Source of the DNA: an uncultured virus (IMG/VR IMGVR_UViG_3300029922_000018)
Taxonomy: Duplodnaviria > Heunggongvirae > Uroviricota > Caudoviricetes
Reading direction: 5' to 3' (one strand)
Length of the DNA: 20,000 bases
Virus record (IMG/VR): IMGVR_UViG_3300029922_000018
Both the position numbers and the translations under genes were made by a program. This document shows positions 8,259 to 15,922 of the stretch, piece by piece. Numbering within the stretch: the stretch's first letter is position 1; each line of letters begins with the position of its first letter. The notes beneath the pieces were generated by a model that did not search any database, was not told the origin of the DNA, and saw only the letters and a program-made list of their open reading frames with translations.

Positions 8259-8631
8259 CTACGGTTCCGGTTAATGATATACCATTTTCGACTGGTTGCC
8301 AATTTATTATATTATTGCTATCAACGGCCTTGGCTCCCGCAGATTTGTTAATTGCTAGTGTAATATGTGGTATTTTATTGGTAGAATGGTATCCTTCAAC
8401 TTTAACGGCAAATGCCTTATCATCTTTTCCAATTGCCACCACTTTTAATGTGACTGGAGTTCCTGTATTATCTACTAATTTCCCAAAAGATATCGTCATG
8501 TGATGAGCAATTACAAACCATCCATCAGGTATTTCTGATTTATAGGTTTCCAATAATAAATTTCTAGATTTATCATCTAACAATACTGCCGAATATGTTG
8601 GCTTTTTGAGTAATTCTTTTAATTTTATCAT
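8248..8631 (-). CDS. 2H phosphoesterase (2',3'-cyclic phosphodiesterase-like) with MIKLKELL leader
   Basis: Two HxT motifs, AHHMTI and PHITLA, plus N-terminal YSAVLLD, as in the CPDase domain of tRNA-ligase-type RNA repair proteins. Confidence 0.82.
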   Translation of the reverse strand: MIKLKELLKKPTYSAVLLDDKSRNLLLETYKSEIPDGWFVIAHHMTISFGKLVDNTGTPVTLKVVAIGKDDKAFAVKVEGYHSTNKIPHITLAINKSAGAKAVDSNNIINWQPVENGISLTGTVENL

Positions 8632-8957
8632 AACGTTTCTTCAAATTTTATAACTCTCGTAGAATATATATCGCTCATAATAAAATCAATTGCATCCAAC
8701 GGCAACCAAACTTTCAATACTGCAACTTTATCTTCTGGAGTATTGTGATATGTTGATGCTATTTGCTTAGAATATTCAGGTCTAAGCGAAAAATAAGTTT
8801 TAGACTTAAATCCATTTAATTTTATAGATTTTAAGTTTTTGATGGGAGTTCCGTGATATGCCAAGAGTCTATTATGTTCGACAATTCCTTTATGTCTAGA
8901 AATCCAGTCGGCTCTATATTCTTCAGCAGACTCTAATAATGTCATTAATTTAATCAT
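8628..8957 (-). CDS. Small ART-fold protein with MIKLMTLLE leader
   Basis: LAYHGT...SIKLNGF...TYFS...A..Y pattern typical of ART/NAD-binding domains. Confidence 0.6.
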   Translation of the reverse strand: MIKLMTLLESAEEYRADWISRHKGIVEHNRLLAYHGTPIKNLKSIKLNGFKSKTYFSLRPEYSKQIASTYHNTPEDKVAVLKVWLPLDAIDFIMSDIYSTRVIKFEETL

Positions 8958-10096
8958 AACTGTTTTATATATTTTATTGGTATAGTGTGGTTTATTATCA
9001 ATGTATAGGGCGACATATCCGACGGTATTTCCGCATTAAAATCAATTTCTAAAGTCGACCCAATATATTCATGTATTAAATACTCCGAAACCTCTGGTTC
9101 ATATTCGGCGTTTAATTCCGGTATATTATTTTCCAGTTTAAATCTCGGCAAGTCTATCTCTAAACAAACGTCACCATAAGTTCCATCTTGATATTCTTCT
9201 ACGTTTACAGTTGTAAATATTCCATATGCGCCTCGGTTATTAATTCCAGTTCCATAACTACCAACCATTTTGCCAGAGGTCTTAATCAATTCTAATTTTT
9301 CAGGTGTTGTATAGTGATATACCTTAATTGGGTTATTTTTAAAATCCTTTAGAGTTGACTCTAAAACCCTACTGTAAATAATGTCGACATCAACTTCCAA
9401 TTCCTGCTCGGCTCTGTCATATATCCACTGATGTATATCTTTTATAACATCGAAAGTTTCATTTTCTTTATTGTGAATTAACCATACCGTATTTTTATCA
9501 TCCGTTAACTTTACAATTTTTTCCTCGAAATACGTATCATATTGTAAATCAAATCTCTTAATCAATTTTGAAAGTTCTAACTTTAAACATTCATAATCGA
9601 AATGGTCTATATATTCTTGCCAATCATCCCATTTATCAGAGTCTTCCGGATACATTTCTTCACGTTCTTGGTCAGTTATTTCGGATATTTTCTTAGGTAA
9701 TACCAACTTATTTTTAACAACATCACCCGGAGCATTTTCAATTTTTTCCGCTTTTAACATCTTTATTTGTTTTGGAGACATCACGAAACAATCAAATCCT
9801 CTATCATTGGGTAATATTGCGCCATCATACCCTTCTCGCTCTAATTCCCAAAGTCCAAGAGAAGAATACTCTCTCCAACCGGCCGGTTTATTAAATGTTA
9901 TTTCAGCCGTAATTATAATTCCCTTTCCAGCAGCACCAACGTCTCCATTTACAATATTTTCTTTTTTTGAAGTAAACCAAATAAGTCCCTGAACAGATTT
10001 TTTTAAACTAAACTTCCTAAACTTTATATTAGTTCCATGATACACCACAAGTTTAGTAGGAGTAACATTTTCCAATAATGACTTTAATTTAATCAT
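8954..10096 (-). CDS. Protein with two ART-like domains and MIKLKSLLE leader
   Basis: N-terminal VVYHGTNIKFRKF...IWFTS...GYDG...SPKQIK resembles the ART of polyvalent proteins. C-terminal VYHYT...GIFTT...YG...IPIKYI is a second ART-like unit. Confidence 0.65.
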   Translation of the reverse strand: MIKLKSLLENVTPTKLVVYHGTNIKFRKFSLKKSVQGLIWFTSKKENIVNGDVGAAGKGIIITAEITFNKPAGWREYSSLGLWELEREGYDGAILPNDRGFDCFVMSPKQIKMLKAEKIENAPGDVVKNKLVLPKKISEITDQEREEMYPEDSDKWDDWQEYIDHFDYECLKLELSKLIKRFDLQYDTYFEEKIVKLTDDKNTVWLIHNKENETFDVIKDIHQWIYDRAEQELEVDVDIIYSRVLESTLKDFKNNPIKVYHYTTPEKLELIKTSGKMVGSYGTGINNRGAYGIFTTVNVEEYQDGTYGDVCLEIDLPRFKLENNIPELNAEYEPEVSEYLIHEYIGSTLEIDFNAEIPSDMSPYTLIINHTIPIKYIKQL

Positions 10097-10463
10097 ATAT
10101 AGATACGTCTTCTATGTTGATGTCGTATAAATTATTAAATTTAATATAATGTTTCAATGTTCCTTTTGAAAATTCATAAGGAATTCCATTCAAACTTACC
10201 CAATGATGAGTCATCACATCAATTACTTCTTCATCTTCACTGCTATAAAATGGTTCATCTGTTTTAATATGTCCGAAATGTTTTTTAAATTGTGGAAATT
10301 CCGATATTATTGATGAGACTATACCCTGACAATCACCCAACCTCTGATGGTCTATAAACTCATTCCACGACGAATATCCCTCATATTCATATAATGAGTA
10401 TTTCACTCTTTCCAACAAATCCGGAATAGGCTGCTCCGTTAATAATGATTTTAATTTAATCAT
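10089..10463 (-). CDS. Cys-His (transglutaminase/papain-like) hypothetical protein with MIKLKSLLTE leader
   Basis: GDCQGIV helix-start Cys and HHWV strand His, followed by YEFS. Confidence 0.5.
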   Translation of the reverse strand: MIKLKSLLTEQPIPDLLERVKYSLYEYEGYSSWNEFIDHQRLGDCQGIVSSIISEFPQFKKHFGHIKTDEPFYSSEDEEVIDVMTHHWVSLNGIPYEFSKGTLKHYIKFNNLYDINIEDVSIYD

Positions 10464-11032
10464 TTTAAATGTGGCTGAATAAAGGTTTTAAAGAATATTT
10501 TATTTCTTCCCAAATCAATTTTATGTCCGGCCCCAGTTGTAACTGTTCTTTTATATTCTTTAGACACGGTTTTCCAGTCATTTGTTAATACGGCTCTGAC
10601 AAAATGTGGAAATTTATGTAAAGATCCAAGATTAAACGCAAAATCAATCAACATCTCCTCCTTGTCCTGTTCTAACTGTGGAATCTGAACTTTAAACATA
10701 CTCTTAATATCATGATAGACAATCTGTTTAGCAATTCCCAAATCATTAATTAACAACTGTTCAGCTTCCTTGTCGGTTAATCCATTACTATAATTACCAC
10801 CCCGTCCCCCAATTTTATGTCCATATCCTACAGTTGGAGACCCACCTTCTACTGATGGATATGGATAAAATTTTCCATTTTTATATCCGGTATGATTGTT
10901 ATTTTCAACTTGCTTCATATAATTAATGAGGGTTGACGAAAAATGTCCTCTAGATTGATGTTGAATATGTGCCGGTGGAACGTCTAATGCCTCAAGCATA
11001 ATGATTTTATAAGTTAATTTATCAATTTCCAT
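10460..11032 (-). CDS. Phage lysozyme (GH24 / T4-lysozyme-like muramidase)
   Basis: QVEN...YPSVEGGSPTVGYGHKI...AEQLLINDL...LIDFAFNLG...FPHFVRAV..W motifs. Start MEIDKL at 11032 is preferred because a TATTTATA motif lies 9 nt upstream. Confidence 0.85.
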   Translation of the reverse strand: MEIDKLTYKIIMLEALDVPPAHIQHQSRGHFSSTLINYMKQVENNNHTGYKNGKFYPYPSVEGGSPTVGYGHKIGGRGGNYSNGLTDKEAEQLLINDLGIAKQIVYHDIKSMFKVQIPQLEQDKEEMLIDFAFNLGSLHKFPHFVRAVLTNDWKTVSKEYKRTVTTGAGHKIDLGRNKIFFKTFIQPHLK

Positions 11033-11041
11033 AGTATAAGG

Positions 11042-11049
11042 TATAAATA
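11042..11049 (-). promoter_or_regulatory. TATTTATA motif at the head of the leader-tagged gene array
   Basis: Lies 9 nt upstream of ATG 11032, in a divergent intergenic region. Confidence 0.55.
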
Positions 11050-11108
11050 TATTGATGTCAACCAATTATTTAAATTAAAATAAGTTGATGTTTTGTTGTT
11101 TCTTGATA

Positions 11109-11116
11109 TATTTATA
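11109..11116 (+). promoter_or_regulatory. TATTTATA motif upstream of the RHH / endonuclease / gp13-like genes
   Basis: Divergent partner of the 11042 motif. Confidence 0.5.
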
Positions 11117-11138
11117 TATGATAACCATATAACAAATT

Positions 11139-11300
11139 ATGAATGATACATTAAAAAAAGCCCAAAAAAAATATATGAATAAAAAAATGATGGAGGGCTG
11201 GCGGCATGTTCGGGTATTTATTCCAGTCGAATTAAAATTTAAATTATTGAAGTTCAAAAATGATATGATGAAAGAATATTATGAGAAATTTAAATCCTAA
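11139..11300 (+). CDS. Small basic protein, likely ribbon-helix-helix DNA binder (53 aa; not in the ORF track)
   Basis: Manual translation: MNDTLKKAQKKYMNKKMMEGWRHVRVFIPVELKFKLLKFKNDMMKEYYEKFKS*. It has an alternating beta-strand then a helix, is preceded by TATTTATA, and overlaps the endonuclease start. Confidence 0.55.
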   Translation: MNDTLKKAQKKYMNKKMMEGWRHVRVFIPVELKFKLLKFKNDMMKEYYEKFKS

Positions 11301-12072
11301 AACGAGAATTTCAAAGAAAGAGAAGTCGGAAAAGATTTGGTTGGAAAAATATGGAGTTATTAATCCGTTTGCTAATCCAGAAATAATAACTCAATTACAA
11401 GAAACCAAATTTAAAAAATATGGGAGTAAATATTACAACAATAGAATAAAGGCCAATGCTACATGTATAGAAAAATATGGGGTGAGTCATCCATCACAAA
11501 TTCCGTCGGCACTAAAACAAAGAACAAAAACTAGGACTCATAAATTTCTAAATTCAATTTTTAATGGAAATAGATTGGGGAATCTGATTGCACCTCTCTG
11601 GACAAGAACTCAGTTTATAACTGTTCAAGAAGAATATCCGTTTCAATGTATTAAATGTAAAACGGTATTTGATGATAATCTCGAAGATGGGAAGATTCCC
11701 AAATGCCCTAAATGCTTTAAACAGAACAACATATCAAAGATGGAAATAGAATTTTTAGATATATTAAAAATAACCAGTCGACAGAAATATATAACTCCGT
11801 TCAAAGTTGATGGTATACAGAACAATAAAATATATGAATTTCTAGGTGATTATTGGCACGGTAATCCCAATCGATTTAATCATTCTGACATAAATAAAAA
11901 GAATAAAAAATCATATGAGGTTTTATATAATAATACAATTTCTAAATTTAAATCATTGTTTGATAGAGGTTATACTATTTATTATATGTGGGAAGCTGAT
12001 TATATGCAGTGGAAGAAAACTAAGAAACTTCCATTCCCACTTAAAATTTTTAATTCAGATAAACTAATATGA
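11281..12072 (+). CDS. Putative free-standing homing endonuclease (KYGV repeats, Zn ribbon, Vsr/DUF559-like PD-(D/E)xK domain)
   Basis: EKYGV/KKYG repeats, CIKC...CPKC, and KVDG...YEFLGDYWHG...YMWE. Confidence 0.75.
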   Translation: MRNLNPKTRISKKEKSEKIWLEKYGVINPFANPEIITQLQETKFKKYGSKYYNNRIKANATCIEKYGVSHPSQIPSALKQRTKTRTHKFLNSIFNGNRLGNLIAPLWTRTQFITVQEEYPFQCIKCKTVFDDNLEDGKIPKCPKCFKQNNISKMEIEFLDILKITSRQKYITPFKVDGIQNNKIYEFLGDYWHGNPNRFNHSDINKKNKKSYEVLYNNTISKFKSLFDRGYTIYYMWEADYMQWKKTKKLPFPLKIFNSDKLI

Positions 12073-13235
12073 TAGATAACGAACAAATACGATGGCCGGG
12101 TAGCGGAAGTCTAAATGTAGACTCATTAACCGTATTTGGCTCTTATTCAGGGGATGCTCAATTTCAAAAAGATTGTGCTTCGGCAGCAAAATGGGCGTGT
12201 TTTAGACTTGGATACCCGACGGTCGATGTAGAATTGCGGGATTCTCAATTATATCCTGCATTTGAAGAATCGTGTAATACTTACAATGCAAAAGTTAATG
12301 AGTATAACATGATAAATAATATGTTAGCCCTTCAAGGACAAAGTAAGTCATCAATGGGAAACTTAGCCGGTAAATTACCAGCCACCACCGGATTGCAACG
12401 CCTAACTATACTAGCAAGAGATTATGGAAGTGAAGCTGGTAGTGGTGGTAATATTGACTGGAAGAAATTTAGAGTTCAGGTAAATGCCGGGCAACAAGAT
12501 TACGATTTACAAGAACTTATAGGAAATGTAGAGAATTGTAATAGAATTGAAATTAAGAAAATATTTCATGATAGACCACCAGCCTTTGCTAGAATATATG
12601 ATCCGATGTCAATGACTGGAATGAGTTATTCTAATGTATTAACAGAGCTAGGATTTGGAGCATACAGTCCAGCGGTGCAATTCTTAATGACTCCTATATT
12701 TGAAGACTTACTTCGTGGCCAAGCAATCCAATTTAACGATTTGGTTAGAAAAAGTGCCTTTTCATTCCAATTAATCAATAATAAACTTCGATTATTTCCA
12801 ATTCCGACGTTTCATTATGATTGTTGGGTAGAATATACGACCGACCAAGATAAACTAGAAAGTGATGCATTAGTCGGAACTGGGTCTGACATAGCAACCG
12901 ATTTTGCCGATATCCCATATCAAAACCACAAATACTCAGATATTAATGCGCCGGGGAGACAGTGGATACGAAATTACTTTTTGGCAAACTGTAAAGAAAT
13001 TCTGGGGAGTATAAGACAAAAATATCAAACCGTTCCGATTCCTGGTTCTGAAGTTGCTATGGATGGTGCTGAATTGAGAAGTGAAGCTGCCCAAGAAAAA
13101 ACATTACTAATGGACAATCTCAAAGAAATGTTGGAACAAAGTGGTAAATTTGCACAGATGGAGAAAATGGCAGCATTTAACCAACAAATTCAAGATAATT
13201 TTAAAAGTGTTCCTATGGTAATTTATTCGGGATAA
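12069..13235 (+). CDS. Neck / head-completion protein (T4 gp13-like)
   Basis: RLGYPTVDVEL..SQL N-terminal motif and WIRNYFLANCKEILG..R.KY..VPIPG.EV.MDG..L C-terminal motif. Lies in a structural context. Confidence 0.8.
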   Translation: MIDNEQIRWPGSGSLNVDSLTVFGSYSGDAQFQKDCASAAKWACFRLGYPTVDVELRDSQLYPAFEESCNTYNAKVNEYNMINNMLALQGQSKSSMGNLAGKLPATTGLQRLTILARDYGSEAGSGGNIDWKKFRVQVNAGQQDYDLQELIGNVENCNRIEIKKIFHDRPPAFARIYDPMSMTGMSYSNVLTELGFGAYSPAVQFLMTPIFEDLLRGQAIQFNDLVRKSAFSFQLINNKLRLFPIPTFHYDCWVEYTTDQDKLESDALVGTGSDIATDFADIPYQNHKYSDINAPGRQWIRNYFLANCKEILGSIRQKYQTVPIPGSEVAMDGAELRSEAAQEKTLLMDNLKEMLEQSGKFAQMEKMAAFNQQIQDNFKSVPMVIYSG

Positions 13236-14787
13236 TTTCCCATTCAAATTTAATAGTTCCACAGTCCCAAATTCTATCATATCCATTTAATTTCATATTT
13301 TCCCATTCCGAAATGTCTGGGTTAAATGTTTTCAATTTTTTATGTAACTCCGATTTTCTAAAATTAAATCTATACAACCTTTTAGTATGGTCTTTCATAT
13401 AGAAATAGTTTGGGGAGGACGTTGATAGTTTTTTAAATCCTATCTTCTCATATAAATTTCCAACACTCCATCGCCTATCAGCATATGATATAACTCTTTT
13501 TGGCATATATAATTTTACAAAATGAGCGTATAATTTTCCTGCCGCTCCAACCACTGAATAATTCAATTTAGAGCAAAATCTATATAATTCGTAATTATCT
13601 TCCAAAGATTTACTTCCCATACATTTTCTAAGTCCTCCGAATGTCATTGTAGATACCAATTCATTATTATAATATAATCCTAATTTAATATTGCTCAAAT
13701 CCTTACCCTGAATATGATTAATATCAAGAAATACCGAGCACTCTTTACTAGGTATTATCCTAACTTCACATTTTCTAGCATATATTACATTAGTTGATTT
13801 GTGTAATAGAGACTTTAACCTGCTTTTAACAATATCTTTTTTAGAATTCCACTCATCCTCAAATATGTGAATTAACTGAATTCCTTTACATGCACATTCG
13901 AGGGTTTTATTTAAATGATATTGTTTAGATATACCTCCACTTATTTCACCGTGATAATATAATCCATTAAATTCAATCGCTAAATTTTTAGATGGCATAT
14001 ATATGTCTAACTCTTTTCCATTTAATACTTTTCTATCGTTTATTACTATATCAATAGATAATGATTTGATGAATTCTTGAATTTCGGACTGTGCCAGTGA
14101 AGTTGACGGCGGATAACAAGTATAACATCGAGGAATTCTTCCATCTTGTAAATGACTATCAAATTCGTGATTACACAATTTACATTTCCATTTATGTTCT
14201 AGTTCAACTCCACAATATTCTTCTTTTGTAAAGAGGGGAACTACTTCTTTATATCTATCATCCGTTAAAAATCTCTCATATAATATTTCTAAATTGCGTT
14301 TTATAATTACTGGAGATTGATTTGGATGTTCCGTCCCATATTTCTTTAAATTTGTCTGTTTAATTTGTTCTTTAGTAGACTCCAACTTCAAATTACAATC
14401 CACTCCAAAGTGAGATAAATAAGTTTCTTTCTTTTTATTTTTAATTTCCTGTGCTTGAGAAATATTCTTAACCCCATACTTTTCCATTGTTGTTTTTTCT
14501 TTTGATTGTTGTGCCGCTCGATTGTGGCAAGTATAAGAACATCTATAAGAAAATCCCTTATTAATATGTATAAATTTACAATCTTTTCCGCAATTAGGGC
14601 ATATTCCTAAATTCTTATTGTCTATGTTAATATACCGATATAATTTTTCAGGAAATCTGCTTCCTTTAAAATTAACATTGATGAAATCATAGAATTCTCG
14701 ATTACTCGATTTTATCATTCGACCGAAATTAAATGGATTTTTTTTAATTAAATTGACCAATTCTTCGGGTGTTAATTTCTTACTCAT
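13213..14787 (-). CDS. Putative homing endonuclease (Zn fingers, KYGV repeats, Vsr-like nuclease, C-terminal GNAT-like domain)
   Basis: CPNC...CSYTC, KYGV repeats, CKLC...CYTC, ELDIY...AIEFNGLYYHG...IHIFEDEW, then YARKC...NHIQG...ELYRFC...SYADRRWS.GNLY.K.GF. Confidence 0.8.
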   Translation of the reverse strand: MSKKLTPEELVNLIKKNPFNFGRMIKSSNREFYDFINVNFKGSRFPEKLYRYINIDNKNLGICPNCGKDCKFIHINKGFSYRCSYTCHNRAAQQSKEKTTMEKYGVKNISQAQEIKNKKKETYLSHFGVDCNLKLESTKEQIKQTNLKKYGTEHPNQSPVIIKRNLEILYERFLTDDRYKEVVPLFTKEEYCGVELEHKWKCKLCNHEFDSHLQDGRIPRCYTCYPPSTSLAQSEIQEFIKSLSIDIVINDRKVLNGKELDIYMPSKNLAIEFNGLYYHGEISGGISKQYHLNKTLECACKGIQLIHIFEDEWNSKKDIVKSRLKSLLHKSTNVIYARKCEVRIIPSKECSVFLDINHIQGKDLSNIKLGLYYNNELVSTMTFGGLRKCMGSKSLEDNYELYRFCSKLNYSVVGAAGKLYAHFVKLYMPKRVISYADRRWSVGNLYEKIGFKKLSTSSPNYFYMKDHTKRLYRFNFRKSELHKKLKTFNPDISEWENMKLNGYDRIWDCGTIKFEWEIIPNKLP

Positions 14788-15109
14788 GTTTAGTCGTTAA
14801 TGTTTCGTTTTCTTTTTTTATTTTTTTAAGAAATGCTTCGGCAAATACAACTCTACAATCACCCATAAGATACAGTTGTTTTTTTCGTTTTTCTACTTCG
14901 ATAGGATTGGTCGCTTCAACCGCTTCCTTTAGTTTATCTTTCATATATTCAATATCCTTGAATGAGTTTAAATATTCGATTAGCACGTCATATTTGAGAT
15001 TTACAGTTAACAACTCTTCTGCCCACTCATTCAACTTTAATTTATGTTTGGCACAGTGAGTTTTTAATTTCGTATGTAATTCTTCGGATATTTTCAATGT
15101 TTTTATCAT
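14780..15109 (-). CDS. Ribbon-helix-helix DNA-binding protein (MIKTLKISEELHTKLK...)
   Basis: KTLKISEELHTKLKTHCAKHKLKLNEWAEELL is a canonical RHH pattern. ATG at 15109 is preceded by TACTTATA. The gene overlaps the endonuclease start. Confidence 0.75.
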   Translation of the reverse strand: MIKTLKISEELHTKLKTHCAKHKLKLNEWAEELLTVNLKYDVLIEYLNSFKDIEYMKDKLKEAVEATNPIEVEKRKKQLYLMGDCRVVFAEAFLKKIKKENETLTTKHE

Positions 15110-15180
15110 ATATATAAGTATAATAGAAAAGTAGAAAAGTAGCAACTTATTTTAATTAAATTATTCCTTAATCTCTATCA

Positions 15181-15188
15181 TATTTATA
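15181..15188 (+). promoter_or_regulatory. TATTTATA motif 4 nt upstream of ATG 15193
   Basis: Recurrent octamer in a divergent intergenic region. Confidence 0.55.
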
Positions 15189-15192
15189 TATT

Positions 15193-15354
15193 ATGAATCA
15201 ATCACGAGAATTTACAATTGGAGAGGAACTTTTAGATTTAGCCAAGAAAATTATAAGTTTGGAGTTGAATGACTCCAATTCTAAGATTGCGGTTCAAATA
15301 TGGAAACTCGGCAAAGAACTTATAGATTTACAGTATAAACACGAAACAATATGA
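15193..15354 (+). CDS. Small helical hypothetical protein (53 aa; not in the ORF track)
   Basis: MNQSREFTIGEELLDLAKKIISLELNDSNSKIAVQIWKLGKELIDLQYKHETI*. TATTTATA lies 4 nt upstream, there is an ATGA overlap with the next gene, and it resembles that gene's C-terminus. Confidence 0.7.
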   Translation: MNQSREFTIGEELLDLAKKIISLELNDSNSKIAVQIWKLGKELIDLQYKHETI

Positions 15355-15920
15355 ACACACCACTATTTAAAAAAACTGGTAACAATAAATTTCAGTTATT
15401 AACTGAAAATACTACCACTCAACCTAAAACCAATGAAGTAATTCAACTAAGCAATGGATTAAAAAAGATATTCTGTGAAGAAGGTATAACGGAAGTATCT
15501 TATAATAGAGTTCAAAATATGGGATTTGGCTTCATAAAAGATATACATAGTGCTAAAGCAGTGGCTCTTGAAGAGTCTCGGATATTAGCCGAAGAATTGG
15601 GGTATAGTGATGATGTTGACAATGCTAAATTTATTAAGGAAGATGGAGAAGTATCTGATTATGATAGAGCCAGTGCTGAAAATCCAACATCTCAGCCAGC
15701 ACCATCCCCCGAAGAACTTACAACCGGTAAAAATGCCGGATGGTCAAGTAAATCAGAAGAAAAACGAGAAGTTCAAATTGGTAATGAGATTTTAAAAATT
15801 ACTTCTAATTATGGATTAAAAACTTCCAACCACAGTATACCAGAAGAAACAAGTAAAGCCGGATTTGATAGAATTTCTGAATTAGCAAATGAATTAATTC
15901 AACTGCACGGAGCAAAATAA
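15351..15920 (+). CDS. Hypothetical protein, possibly virion-associated (QLLTE near the N-terminus)
   Basis: 189-aa ORF coupled to its neighbours within the neck gene cluster. Confidence 0.7.
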   Translation: MNTPLFKKTGNNKFQLLTENTTTQPKTNEVIQLSNGLKKIFCEEGITEVSYNRVQNMGFGFIKDIHSAKAVALEESRILAEELGYSDDVDNAKFIKEDGEVSDYDRASAENPTSQPAPSPEELTTGKNAGWSSKSEEKREVQIGNEILKITSNYGLKTSNHSIPEETSKAGFDRISELANELIQLHGAK

Positions 15921-15922
15921 TC

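Noticed and set aside
1826..10463. Repeated ATGATTAAA(T/C)T... starts as a CRISPR array or integron attC-like DNA repeat
   Set aside because: The repeats are coding, vary at synonymous positions, lack palindromic structure and are spaced by whole genes. A role as a recombination seed cannot be fully excluded.
1826..10463. Leader as a Sec/lipoprotein signal peptide
   Set aside because: It is too short, has no continuous hydrophobic core and no AxA or lipobox, and ends in an acidic residue.
14780..15109. MIKTLK start of the RHH gene as another tag copy
   Set aside because: It lacks LL(x)E, and these residues form the RHH beta-strand.
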